Numbered from the stretch's first letter, positions 47,426 to 56,771 are shown. The stretch is 64,000 bases of DNA from Actinomycetales bacterium (GCA_045807245.1 JBJMHS010000036.1:303-64302); one strand, 5' to 3'. The notes: a model not told the origin generated them from the sequence alone. A program made the numbers and translations.

Positions 47426-49210
47426 GTGCAGGAGTTCGCCGCGCCGCTGCTGGCGCCGCTCTCGACCACCGAGGGCATCGCGGACTACGTCGTCCGCAAC
47501 GCCGGCGCCGAACCCGCCGGCGTCGCCTTCCGGCGGCGTACGACGGGCGCTTGGCAGGACGTCACCCACGCGATGTTCCGCGACGAGGTCTTCGCACTGG
47601 CCCGGGGCCTCGTGGCGGCCGGCATCAACCCCGGCGACCGGGTCGCGCTGATGTCCCGCACCCGCTACGAGTGGACGCTCGCGGACTTCGCGATCTGGGC
47701 CGCCGGCGCGATCACGGTCCCGATCTACGAGACCTCGTCGGCCGAGCAGGTGCAGTGGATCCTCAGCGACTCGGGCGCCGTCGCCGTGATCGTCGAGACG
47801 CCGGCCCACGCCAGCACCGTGGGCGAGGTACGCAGCGACACCCCCGACTTGCGCGACGTCTGGCAGATCGAGTCCGGGGCCTTCGAGGACCTGGTGACGG
47901 CGGGCGCCGACAGCCCTGAGCGGGCGGTCCTGGACCGCATCGACGCGGTCAGCCCGGACGACATCGCCACGATCATCTACACGTCCGGCACGACCGGGCG
48001 GCCCAAGGGCTGCGAGCTCAGCCACCGCAACTTCGTCGACCTGACCAACAACGCGTACGCGATCTTCGGCGACCTGCTGCGGCCGGGCGCCTCGACCCTG
48101 CTCTTCCTGCCCCTGGCGCACGTCTTCGCCCGGTTTATCGAGATCATCTGCGTCGGCACCCGCGTGACCATGGGGCACACCGCGGACATCAAGGGCCTGG
48201 TCGAGGACCTCGGCCAGTTCCAGCCGACCTTCATCCTGTCGGTTCCCCGCGTGTTCGAGAAGGTCTACAACTCGGCCGAGCAGAAGGCCGAGTCCGAGGG
48301 CAAGGGCAAGATCTTCCGCGCCGCGGCCGCGACGGCGATCGCATGGAGCGAGGCCCAGGACAACGGCGGCGCCGGCCTGGCCCTGCGGCTCAAGCACGGG
48401 CTCTTCGACCGCCTCGTGTACGGCAAGCTGCGCGCCGCCCTGGGCGGCCGGGTCGAGTACGCGGTCTCCGGCGGTGCGCCGCTCGGCACCCGGCTCGGCC
48501 ATTTCTACCGCGGCATCGGCGTCGTGGTCCTGGAGGGCTACGGGCTGACCGAGACCACCGCGCCGTCGACCGTGAACCGGCCGAACTCGCTCAAGATCGG
48601 AACCGTCGGGCTGCCGCTGCCCGGGGTGACGATCCGGATCGCGGACGACGGCGAGATCCTGGTCAAGGGCTACCACGTGTTCGGCGCCTACTGGCACAAC
48701 CAGACCGCGACCGACGAGGCCAAGCTCGGCGACTGGTTCCACACCGGTGACGTGGGTGAGCTCGACGCCGCGGGCTACCTGCGGATCACCGGGCGCAAGA
48801 AGGAGATCCTGGTCACCGCCGGTGGCAAGAACGTCGCACCCGCTGTGCTCGAGGACCGGCTGCGCGCGCATCCGCTGGTGTCCCAGTGCATCGTGGTCGG
48901 CGACCAGAAGCCGTTCATCGCGGCGCTGGTCACGCTGGATGCCGAGATGCTCCCGACCTGGCTGTCGAACAACGGCAAGGCCGAGATGGACGTCGCTGCC
49001 GCCGCCCAGGACCCGGACGTGCACGCGGCGATCCAGACCGCGGTCGACGAGGCGAACAAGGCGGTCAGCCGGGCGGAGGCGATCCGCAGGTTCGAGATCC
49101 TCGACGAGGACTTCACCGAGGCCAACGGCTACCTCACCCCCTCGCTCAAGCTCAAGCGCAACCTGGTGATGAAGGACTACGCCACCCAGGTCGAGGCGCT
49201 CTACTCGTGA
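47426..49210 (+). CDS. Long-chain fatty acid-CoA ligase (FadD15-like)
   Basis: IIYTSGTTGRPKG, EGYGLTET, WFHTGD, ITGRKKE, LTPSLKLKR. Confidence 0.92.
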   Translation: MQEFAAPLLAPLSTTEGIADYVVRNAGAEPAGVAFRRRTTGAWQDVTHAMFRDEVFALARGLVAAGINPGDRVALMSRTRYEWTLADFAIWAAGAITVPIYETSSAEQVQWILSDSGAVAVIVETPAHASTVGEVRSDTPDLRDVWQIESGAFEDLVTAGADSPERAVLDRIDAVSPDDIATIIYTSGTTGRPKGCELSHRNFVDLTNNAYAIFGDLLRPGASTLLFLPLAHVFARFIEIICVGTRVTMGHTADIKGLVEDLGQFQPTFILSVPRVFEKVYNSAEQKAESEGKGKIFRAAAATAIAWSEAQDNGGAGLALRLKHGLFDRLVYGKLRAALGGRVEYAVSGGAPLGTRLGHFYRGIGVVVLEGYGLTETTAPSTVNRPNSLKIGTVGLPLPGVTIRIADDGEILVKGYHVFGAYWHNQTATDEAKLGDWFHTGDVGELDAAGYLRITGRKKEILVTAGGKNVAPAVLEDRLRAHPLVSQCIVVGDQKPFIAALVTLDAEMLPTWLSNNGKAEMDVAAAAQDPDVHAAIQTAVDEANKAVSRAEAIRRFEILDEDFTEANGYLTPSLKLKRNLVMKDYATQVEALYS

Positions 49211-49216
49211 CCTGAC

Positions 49217-50581
49217 GTGGGCCGGCGGTCCGGTCTCTGGGCGCCGGTCTGGCTGGCCGCGACGGCCGCCATCACCTGGAGCGTCGTCCGGTACGAGCTG
49301 CTCATCGTGGCCGTCCTCACGGCCAGTGCCGTGCTGCTCGCCGTCGCCGTGTCGCGGGGCGTGCGGTTCGGGCTCGGCGGCCGCTGGACCATGCCCCTGG
49401 TGCTGGTCGGCACGGCGGCCATCGTCGAGCTGGTCCCGTCGTTCACCTACGCCTCGCGGTCGGAGCACCGGGCAGCGGTGCACCTGGCGGCCCTGACGGC
49501 GCTCGTCGTCGCTGCCGCCTGGGTCGGACCCGTTCGCCGGCTGGCCCCCTGGCTGGCGGGCGCCGGTTTCCTCGCGGTCGCGGTCTGGGTGATCCGGGCC
49601 GACCCCGCGCCGCGGATCGACGTGTGGGTAATCCTGCAGCAGGCCTCGGACGGTCTGGCCCACGGCTCGAACGCCTACAGCTCGACCTGGCGAGGCTCAC
49701 CCGGGGAGACGGACGCCTTCACCTACCTGCCCATGACCCTCGTCCTGGTGGCGCCGGGCCGGTGGCTCGCCGGCGACGTGCGCTGGGCCCTGACCTTCTG
49801 GACACTGGCCGGTGCGGCGCTGCTTTGGGCCTTCGCCCGGGGGGCTCCGGCGAGGGACTCGGCCCCCGCCTGGGGCGCGGCAGCGCTGCTGCTCCTCGTG
49901 CCCGGTACGACGACCCAGGTCGAGCAGTCCTGGACCGAGCCGCTTCTCTTCGCCCTGCTCGGTGCCTGGGCGCTGCTGGTGAGCCGCGAGCGAGCCTGGT
50001 GGGCCGTCGTACCCCTCGCACTCGCGCTGGCGAGCAAGCAGCACATCCTCCTGCTGCTCCCATTGCTTGCTTTATGGCAACCGTTTGGCTGGCGGCGTAG
50101 TGCCGCCTCGGCCGGGCTGGGTGGACTGCTCGTGCTGCCATGGTTCCTGGCCTCACCGGCCGACCTGTGGCACGACACCGTGACCCTGTTGGTTCACTTC
50201 CACGCGATCCGCTTCGCGGACACGCTGTACCTGGCCGCCGTACACGAGCTGGGCTGGCCGCCGCCGTTCTGGCTGGTCGGCCTGGTCGTGCTCGGTGTCC
50301 TGGCCGTCGCGGCGGTCGTGATCCAGCGACGCCAGCCTCCGCTGGATCAGCTCCTCCTGTGGTGCGCGCTGGTCCTGTTCGTGGCCAACCTGGTCAACAA
50401 GCAGGCGTTCTACAACCAGTACTGGCTGGTGGCCGCGCTGGTCCTACTCGCGGTGGCCGCCGGCCCTGGCGCCTCACTCAAGGGACAGCGTCGTGAGGTA
50501 GCGCAGCCAGTACCTGGTGAACGCGGCCTGGGTAGTGCCGAGGACGGCCGGGAACGCCTGCGCCGTGGCCACCTCGGGTGA
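49217..50581 (+). CDS. Polytopic membrane protein, GT-C/GT87-like glycosyltransferase
   Basis: Many TM helices; RIDVW, FTYLP, GDVRW, WTEP, SKQH, KQAFYNQYW. Confidence 0.6.
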   Translation: MGRRSGLWAPVWLAATAAITWSVVRYELLIVAVLTASAVLLAVAVSRGVRFGLGGRWTMPLVLVGTAAIVELVPSFTYASRSEHRAAVHLAALTALVVAAAWVGPVRRLAPWLAGAGFLAVAVWVIRADPAPRIDVWVILQQASDGLAHGSNAYSSTWRGSPGETDAFTYLPMTLVLVAPGRWLAGDVRWALTFWTLAGAALLWAFARGAPARDSAPAWGAAALLLLVPGTTTQVEQSWTEPLLFALLGAWALLVSRERAWWAVVPLALALASKQHILLLLPLLALWQPFGWRRSAASAGLGGLLVLPWFLASPADLWHDTVTLLVHFHAIRFADTLYLAAVHELGWPPPFWLVGLVVLGVLAVAAVVIQRRQPPLDQLLLWCALVLFVANLVNKQAFYNQYWLVAALVLLAVAAGPGASLKGQRREVAQPVPGERGLGSAEDGRERLRRGHLG

Positions 50582-51934
50582 CATCTCCGCCGTCACGCCC
50601 TTGACCGTGGTCGCCCCTGACGCCGCGCGGTACAGCGCGAGCAGCTTGGCCGGCCCGTAGCGGTCGGCGATGAGGCTGCAGGCGAGCCAGGAGGCCGAGT
50701 ACGCCGGCCCGATGGTCGCGTGGGTGGCGTCGAAGTCCTCGTTGTCCGGCAGCGCCTTGGGTCCGGTCCCGCGCCGGACCAGGCCCAGGACGTCGGACGC
50801 GACCTCGGTCCGGGGCAGGCCGAGCCCCGAGTACCCGATGTAGTCCGCGAACCCCTCGGACAGCCAGATCGACACCTGCCGGGGCGTGCTGCCGCGCACC
50901 GCCACGTGGGTCGCCTCGTGCGTGATCACGACCCGCCGCCCGAGCGCGCCGAGCTTCGCGAAACCCGCGGGGTTGACGATGATCTGGTCGGCGCCGCCCG
51001 CCGCGGAACCCTCGGCCGCCGTCAGCTCGCCGGTCGTCACCGCCGCGATCTGGTCCAGGGTGTCGGAGCTGCGGTCCAGTAGGCGGCCCATCTCGGCCTG
51101 GGTCTTCGGGACCAGGACGACGACCCGACGCGGCCACGCGGTGCCCCAGATCGCCGAGACCCGCGTGACGGCGGCGTCTGCCTGGCTGGCGTAGGCGGTC
51201 AACGACGCGCGCGGGCCGAGCCCGATGATGACGCTGCTGTGCCCGGTCAGGACGGTCAGTGGGCCGAGGTCCCAGATCTCGGTCGCCGAGTGCGCGTCGC
51301 TGTCGCTCGCGATCCGCCAGGTGCCGTCGCGGTCCACCATGGTCAGGTACTCGGTGCTGTGCACGTCCGTGCGGTCGGCCGCACCGAACCGGTAGCCCAG
51401 GTCGACCTGCGCCACCCATGCGTCCGCACCGAGCTCGGCCTGGCGCGCCGCCGACAGGGCCGGACCGGGACCCACGACGCCGTACGTCCAGCGGGAGAGG
51501 GGCAGCCGGGCCAGGTTGGCGAACTCGGCCTGCTGCTTGGCCCGGAACGAGCGCTGCGCCGGGTCGACGGTGCTCAGCCAGGTGCTCGCATCCCGGTCGA
51601 GCACCGCCCGCTCGCGGATGTGGAGCACCTCCTCCAGCGCAGCCAACCTGACCTGCTCGGCGTCGGTCGTGCTCGTCGTCGGGCTGGGCGTCTGGCTGGG
51701 AACGGGGGTGGACGGCAGCGGGCTCGGCGCGGCCGAGCCACCCGGCTCGCGCAGGAAGACGGCCCACGCAGCGACCAGCAGCACGAGCAGGAGAACCAGG
51801 ACGCCCGCGAGCCAACCGAGTGCTCCCCGGCGGCGGCTGGGACCTGCCCCGAACCCCGAACCGAGCCCGGAAACGCGTCCCGAACCCAGCCCGGACTCGT
51901 CAACGGGCCCGTCCGTGGGCCCGTCGTCGATCAC
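50474..51934 (-). CDS. Membrane-anchored HEXXH zinc metallopeptidase-like protein (Rv2189c-like)
   Basis: TM helix; VITHEATHVA, WLSEGFADY (gluzincin-like). Confidence 0.75.
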   Translation of the reverse strand: MIDDGPTDGPVDESGLGSGRVSGLGSGFGAGPSRRRGALGWLAGVLVLLLVLLVAAWAVFLREPGGSAAPSPLPSTPVPSQTPSPTTSTTDAEQVRLAALEEVLHIRERAVLDRDASTWLSTVDPAQRSFRAKQQAEFANLARLPLSRWTYGVVGPGPALSAARQAELGADAWVAQVDLGYRFGAADRTDVHSTEYLTMVDRDGTWRIASDSDAHSATEIWDLGPLTVLTGHSSVIIGLGPRASLTAYASQADAAVTRVSAIWGTAWPRRVVVLVPKTQAEMGRLLDRSSDTLDQIAAVTTGELTAAEGSAAGGADQIIVNPAGFAKLGALGRRVVITHEATHVAVRGSTPRQVSIWLSEGFADYIGYSGLGLPRTEVASDVLGLVRRGTGPKALPDNEDFDATHATIGPAYSASWLACSLIADRYGPAKLLALYRAASGATTVKGVTAEMSPEVATAQAFPAVLGTTQAAFTRYWLRYLTTLSLE

Positions 51935-52131
51935 CCGGTCATCGTAGGTGGCACATCACCCGTCACGAGGCGAAGCGGTGGGACGAGGCCGGAGTCGGCC
52001 AGTGCCTCGATGGCGACCCGCTCCTCGTCGTCCAGCTGCACACCGCTCGGCGGCCGGGAGAGCAAGACCGTCACCACGCAGTCCCCGCACGCGAGGCCAC
52101 GAACCGCACAACGGTCGCAGTCGATCAGCAC
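51931..52131 (-). CDS. Small Cys-rich conserved actinobacterial protein
   Basis: IDCDRCAVRGLACGDCVVTVLL..ERVAIEALADSGLVPPLR; GGAGG RBS; ATGA overlap with next gene. Confidence 0.8.
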   Translation of the reverse strand: MLIDCDRCAVRGLACGDCVVTVLLSRPPSGVQLDDEERVAIEALADSGLVPPLRLVTGDVPPTMTG

Positions 52132-52180
52132 GAGTCACCTCCATCCCGCCGGCGGCAGGGGCGCCGCTTCGGTGAGAACG

Positions 52181-52203
52181 ACGCTAGAGGCCCCCACTGA
52201 CAA
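52181..52203 (-). promoter_or_regulatory. PafBC-type (RecA-NDp) promoter tTGTCRgtg-N8-TAnnnT
   Basis: Minus strand TTGTCAGTG ggggcctc TAGCGT. Confidence 0.7.
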
Positions 52204-52207
52204 CCGC

Positions 52208-52243
52208 CTCAGTCGACGGCTCAGTCGACGGCTCAGTCGACGG
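52208..52243. repeat. Perfect 12-bp tandem triplication ctcagtcgacgg
   Basis: Three exact copies; one contains the stop codon of the 52233-52505 gene. Confidence 0.9.
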
Positions 52244-52505
52244 CGGGGTCGATGTCCTTGCGGGCCACCAGGTCGACGCTGTTGACGGCGTCGCACCATC
52301 TGCAGCGGACCTGCTCGACCACCTCGGACAGCACCTGAGCCTCCTCGACGGCGGGCGCACCGGCGAGGTCGAAGTGCACGAACTCGACGACGCGCGAGGC
52401 CTTCGTCACGTCGAACCGGGTGAGGTTGCCGCACTGCCGGCAGCGCCATCGCGTCGTCTCGCTGGGGCCCGGCACACTCGGCGGCACGGTGGACGCGGAG
52501 GCCAT
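52233..52505 (-). CDS. Small zinc-ribbon protein
   Basis: WRCRQCGNLTRFDV..VRCRWC; TAGGCT -10 7 nt before the ATG. Confidence 0.8.
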   Translation of the reverse strand: MASASTVPPSVPGPSETTRWRCRQCGNLTRFDVTKASRVVEFVHFDLAGAPAVEEAQVLSEVVEQVRCRWCDAVNSVDLVARKDIDPAVD

Positions 52506-52537
52506 GTCAGCCAGCCTAGGGCGTGGCTCCCGGGCAC

Positions 52538-52559
52538 TGTCGGCGGCTCGACCTACCGT
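52538..52559 (+). promoter_or_regulatory. PafBC-type promoter TGTCGG-N10-TANNNT, leaderless transcript
   Basis: TGTCGG cggctcgacc TACCGT, ATG 6 nt downstream. Confidence 0.75.
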
Positions 52560-52565
52560 CGGCGC

Positions 52566-54365
52566 ATGGTCACCGCGGTCCAGGGCACGCTCGACGACCT
52601 GGGCACCCCGCTGTCGGGCGTGACCTTCGTCGTGGTGGATCTGGAGACCACGGGCGGCTCACCCGCCGATGCGGCGATCACCGAGGTCGGTGCGGTCAAG
52701 GTCCGGGCGGGCGAGGTGCTCGGCGAGTTCCACACCCTGGTCAACCCCGGCGCACCCATCCCGCCCTTCATCGCCGTCCTCACCGGCATCACGGACGCCA
52801 TGGTCGCCGGATCGCCAACGATGGCAACGGTTCTGCCCGCGTTCCTGGAGTTCGCGAACGGCAGCGTCCTGGTCGCGCACAACGCCGGCTTCGACATCTC
52901 GTTCCTGCGCGCGTCGGCCGTGACCCTCGGGCACGCGTGGCCGCCGTTCCGCGTCCTCGACACGGTCCACCTGGCCCGACAGGTCGTGACGCGTGACGAG
53001 GCGAGCAACCACAAGCTCGCCACCCTGGCCCGGGTCTTCCGTTCCCCGGTCGCGCCGGACCACCGCGCCCTCACCGACGCGCGGGCCACGGTCCACGTGC
53101 TGCACGGCCTGCTCGAACGGGTCGGCAACCTCGGCGTGACGTCGATCGAGGAGCTGGCCAGCTTCACCTCGCGGGTGACCCCGCAGCAACGCCGCAAGCG
53201 ATATCTCGCCGACGGCCTGCCGTCCGGCCCGGGGGTCTACGTCTTCCGGGACGCTCGCGGGCGGGCCCTGTACGTCGGTACGTCGCGCGATGTCCGCTCC
53301 CGGGTCCGGACGTACTTCACGGCATCCGAGCAGCGGACCCGGATGTCGGAGATGGTGGGCGTCGCGGAGCGCGTCGACGCCGTCCCCTGCGCGACGGCGC
53401 TCGAGGCCCAGGTGCGCGAGCTGCGACTGATCGCCGAACACAAACCCCGCTACAACCGGCGCTCACGGTTCCCGGAGCGCTCGGCCTGGGTCAAGCTCAC
53501 CGTCGAGCCGTTCCCACGGCTGTCGATCGTCCGCAAGGTCAGTGACGACGGCCAGGCCTACCTCGGCCCGTTCGGCACCAAGCGTTCGGCCGAGCAGGCG
53601 GTCATGGCGCTGCACGAGGCCGTGCCGTTGCGCCAGTGCACCCAACGGCTCTCCCGGCACGGCGGTGGCAGCGCCTGCATCCTGGCCGAGATGGGTCGTT
53701 GCAGCGCACCCTGCGAGGGTGGCCGGGCCGAGGACGAGTACGCCGTCGTGGTCCGGCAAGCCGTGGCCGCGATGACCGGTGACGCGCGCTTCGTGGTGGC
53801 CATCCTCCGTTCGCGGATCTTCCGCCTGGCCGCGGGTCAGCGCTACGAGGAGGCGGCCATGGCCCGCGACCGCATGCTGGCCCTGCTGCGGGCCGCCGCC
53901 CGGTCGCAGCGCCTGACGCCGCTCGCCGCGGCGGCCGAGCTGGTCGCCGCCAAACGCTGGCCGGCGGGCGGCTGGGAGCTGGTGCTCGTGCGGCACGGCC
54001 GCCTGGCCGGCACCTGTGTCAGCCCGGCCGGCGCCGACCCGATGCCGTACCTCGACGCGCTGCGCGAGACCGGCGAGGTTGTCGAGCCGCCCAGAGGCCC
54101 CGTTCCAGCCGCCAGCCCGGAGGAGACCGAGAAGGTCCTGAACTGGCTCGAGGGCGACGGCGTCCGGCTCGTGTCGCTGTCCGGTGAGTGGACCTGCCCG
54201 GTCCACGGGGCGGGCGCGCAGCGCTGGGAGCTCGAGCCACTCGCCGTACGGTCCGGTCAGATCTCCCCGTTCGACGAGCCACGCGCGAGCCGCATGCTGC
54301 ACCAGCCACCCGGTGCCGTCCCCTCGGGTGACGCCGCGACCGACCCGGTCGCGGCCGCCGGCTGA
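52566..54365 (+). CDS. DEDDh exonuclease / GIY-YIG (UvrC/Cho-like) fusion (Rv2191-like)
   Basis: VVVDLETTG, VAHNAGFD, HRALTDA; PGVYVF..LYVG..R; Cys cluster; UVR-like RYEEAAMARD. Confidence 0.88.
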   Translation: MVTAVQGTLDDLGTPLSGVTFVVVDLETTGGSPADAAITEVGAVKVRAGEVLGEFHTLVNPGAPIPPFIAVLTGITDAMVAGSPTMATVLPAFLEFANGSVLVAHNAGFDISFLRASAVTLGHAWPPFRVLDTVHLARQVVTRDEASNHKLATLARVFRSPVAPDHRALTDARATVHVLHGLLERVGNLGVTSIEELASFTSRVTPQQRRKRYLADGLPSGPGVYVFRDARGRALYVGTSRDVRSRVRTYFTASEQRTRMSEMVGVAERVDAVPCATALEAQVRELRLIAEHKPRYNRRSRFPERSAWVKLTVEPFPRLSIVRKVSDDGQAYLGPFGTKRSAEQAVMALHEAVPLRQCTQRLSRHGGGSACILAEMGRCSAPCEGGRAEDEYAVVVRQAVAAMTGDARFVVAILRSRIFRLAAGQRYEEAAMARDRMLALLRAAARSQRLTPLAAAAELVAAKRWPAGGWELVLVRHGRLAGTCVSPAGADPMPYLDALRETGEVVEPPRGPVPAASPEETEKVLNWLEGDGVRLVSLSGEWTCPVHGAGAQRWELEPLAVRSGQISPFDEPRASRMLHQPPGAVPSGDAATDPVAAAG

Positions 54366-54406
54366 CTGACGGGAGTACGCGGGCGACGCCGGGCTAGGCT
54401 CGGCGC

Positions 54407-54691
54407 GTGATCACCGCGATCGTCCTGCTCCAGGCCGAGGTGGACCGGATCCCCGAGGTCGCCGAGGCGCTCGCCGAGCTGGAGGGCGTGAGCGAGGTGT
54501 ACTCGGTCACCGGTGATGTCGACCTCATCGCCGTGGTCCGCGTCCGCCGCCACGACGAGCTGGCCGACGTGATCGCGGACCGGATCGGCAAGGTGGCGGG
54601 CGTGCGGGCCATGGACACCCACATCGCCTTCCGCACCTACTCCCAGCACGACCTCGAGGCTGCCTTCGCCCTCGGCTTCGAGGAGGCCTGA
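54407..54691 (+). CDS. Lrp/AsnC ligand-binding domain protein
   Basis: MITAIVL..GVSEVYSVTGDVDLIAVVR..THIAF. Confidence 0.85.
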   Translation: MITAIVLLQAEVDRIPEVAEALAELEGVSEVYSVTGDVDLIAVVRVRRHDELADVIADRIGKVAGVRAMDTHIAFRTYSQHDLEAAFALGFEEA

Positions 54692-54720
54692 CCAGACCCC
54701 TGGGTCGGTCCGGCGAAGAG

Positions 54721-55626
54721 TCAAACCCGTTCGGCCACAACGGCTTCCAGCTCTCGCTGGACGTGCCTGCGCACCGGGTTGTCCGCACTGGCGCGTCGCC
54801 AGAGCGCTGACACATCCCGCATCGGCGCCGGATCGGTCACCGGCACCGCGCGCACCCGGTCCGGCAGCCGGTCGCGGCCGAGCCGCGGCACCAGGGCGAC
54901 TGCGACATCCTGCTCGACCAGGGCGACATGCGTGGCGAACGACGCGTCGAAGTAGCGGATGTCCGGCCGAGCGCCGTGCTGACCGAACATCTGGTGCAGC
55001 CACTCATGGCAGATGCTGCCGACCGGCGTACTCACCCAGTGCTCGTCGACCAGCTGCTGCGCCTGCACGCAGGGCGCTCCGGCGAGCGGGTGGTCCCGGT
55101 GGAGCAGGACGTCGGCCGCGTCGTGGAACAGGTGGTGACGCACCAGCCCGGGCGGCACGTCGAGCGGCACCGAGTTCCAGTCGTGCACGACCCCGAGGTC
55201 CGCACCGCCGCGCTCCACGACCGTCACGACGTCGCGCGGGTCATGCTCGGTGAAGGTCACGGTCAGGGCCGGTGCCGACCGGGACAGCCGGGCCACCAGC
55301 GGCGCGAGCACGCCTCGGCACGCGGTCGAGAAGGACGCCAGCCGGAACTCGCCGGTCAGCTCGTCCTGGCCGTCCAGCGCGAGGTTCTGGACCTCCTCCA
55401 GATCGGCGAGCAGCCGGCTGCCGCGCTCGGCCAGCAGCCGGCCCTTGTCGGTCAGGATCACCCCGCGCCCCACCCGCTCCAGCATCGGGACGCGGCTCTG
55501 CTGCTCCAGCCGCTTGATCTGCTGCGAGACCGCCGACGGGGTGTACCCGAGCGCGGCGGCTGCGGCCACCACGCTCCCGTGGTCGCGGACCGCGATCAAC
55601 GAACGCAGCGAGCCGATGTCGATCAT
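54721..55626 (-). CDS. LysR-family transcriptional regulator
   Basis: GSVVAAAAALGYTPSAVSQQIKRLE..ERVGRGVILT; divergent from EamA gene. Confidence 0.9.
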   Translation of the reverse strand: MIDIGSLRSLIAVRDHGSVVAAAAALGYTPSAVSQQIKRLEQQSRVPMLERVGRGVILTDKGRLLAERGSRLLADLEEVQNLALDGQDELTGEFRLASFSTACRGVLAPLVARLSRSAPALTVTFTEHDPRDVVTVVERGGADLGVVHDWNSVPLDVPPGLVRHHLFHDAADVLLHRDHPLAGAPCVQAQQLVDEHWVSTPVGSICHEWLHQMFGQHGARPDIRYFDASFATHVALVEQDVAVALVPRLGRDRLPDRVRAVPVTDPAPMRDVSALWRRASADNPVRRHVQRELEAVVAERV

Positions 55627-55721
55627 GCCAGGCGCCGAGGGCTCATCATGTAGTGACGCTACCGGAAACCGTCCAGAAACCACCGCTGGTCCTTCAACGA
55701 CCTGTCCCCCACGCTGGAGGG

Positions 55722-56771
55722 GTGACCCCGAAGCACAGCGCACTCGCCGTCCTCGTCGCCGTCGTCTGGGGCGTGAACTTCGTGGTGATCGACGAAGGGC
55801 TGGCCGGGGTGCCGCCGCTGCTGCTCGTCGCCATCCGGTTCGTGCTGGTCGCGCTGCCGCTCGTGCTCTTCGTCCCGCGGCCGACGTCCGGCTGGCGCAC
55901 CGTGGTCGCCATCGGCGGGTTCATGAGCCTCGGCCAGTTCAGCCTGCTCTACCTGGCGATGCACCTTGGCATGCCGGCCGGGCTGGCCTCACTCGTCCTG
56001 CAGGCCCAGGTCGTCTTCACGCTGGTCATCGCCCGGCTGGCGCTGGGCGAGCGGTCGACCCGGCGCCAGGTGGCCGGCGCGCTCGTCGGCACGGCCGGGC
56101 TCGGGCTGGTCGCCGTCGCCCACGGCGCGCGAGCACCCGTCGTACCGCTGCTCGTCACCCTCGGTGCGGGGCTGTCCTGGGCCATCGGCAACGTCGTCAG
56201 CCGCCGGGCCCGGGTCTCGTCCGGCCTGTCGCTCGTCGTCTGGTCGGCCCTCGTCGTACCCGTCCCGGCGTTCGCGCTCTCGCTGGTGCTGGACGGACCC
56301 CGCCGGGTCGCCGACACCCTCGCTCACCTGCCGGGCGCCGCGGTCCTCAGCACGCTGTACACCGTCTTCGGCGCGTCGCTGCTCGGGTACGTCGTGTGGA
56401 ACAGCCTGCTGGCCCGCTACCCGGCAGGCGCGGTGGTGCCCTACGTCCTGCTGGTCCCCCCGGTCGGGATCCTCGCCGCCTGGCTGGTGCAGGGCGAGAC
56501 CCCGAGCGCGCTGGAGGTCGTCGGCGGCGCGGTGATGCTGGCCGGCGTCGCGGCAGCGACGGTCAGGCCACGCTCACGCGGCCGAGGCGGCGACCCAGCG
56601 GTCCAGCACGCCGGCCGCGGACCCGTCGTCCACGCTGCGCGCGGCGAGCACCAGAGCAGTCCGCATCCGTTCGACGAGGGCGGTGCCCGGCGCACCGACA
56701 CCAGCCGCGACGAGCGCGCCAGCGGCGTTGAGCACGACGGCGTCCCGGACCGGGCCGCTCTGCCCACCTAG
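55722..56771 (+). CDS. EamA-family (amino acid/cysteine metabolite) exporter
   Basis: [35 protein letters not shown]; 3' tail overlaps trpD. Confidence 0.85.
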   Translation: MTPKHSALAVLVAVVWGVNFVVIDEGLAGVPPLLLVAIRFVLVALPLVLFVPRPTSGWRTVVAIGGFMSLGQFSLLYLAMHLGMPAGLASLVLQAQVVFTLVIARLALGERSTRRQVAGALVGTAGLGLVAVAHGARAPVVPLLVTLGAGLSWAIGNVVSRRARVSSGLSLVVWSALVVPVPAFALSLVLDGPRRVADTLAHLPGAAVLSTLYTVFGASLLGYVVWNSLLARYPAGAVVPYVLLVPPVGILAAWLVQGETPSALEVVGGAVMLAGVAAATVRPRSRGRGGDPAVQHAGRGPVVHAARGEHQSSPHPFDEGGARRTDTSRDERASGVEHDGVPDRAALPT

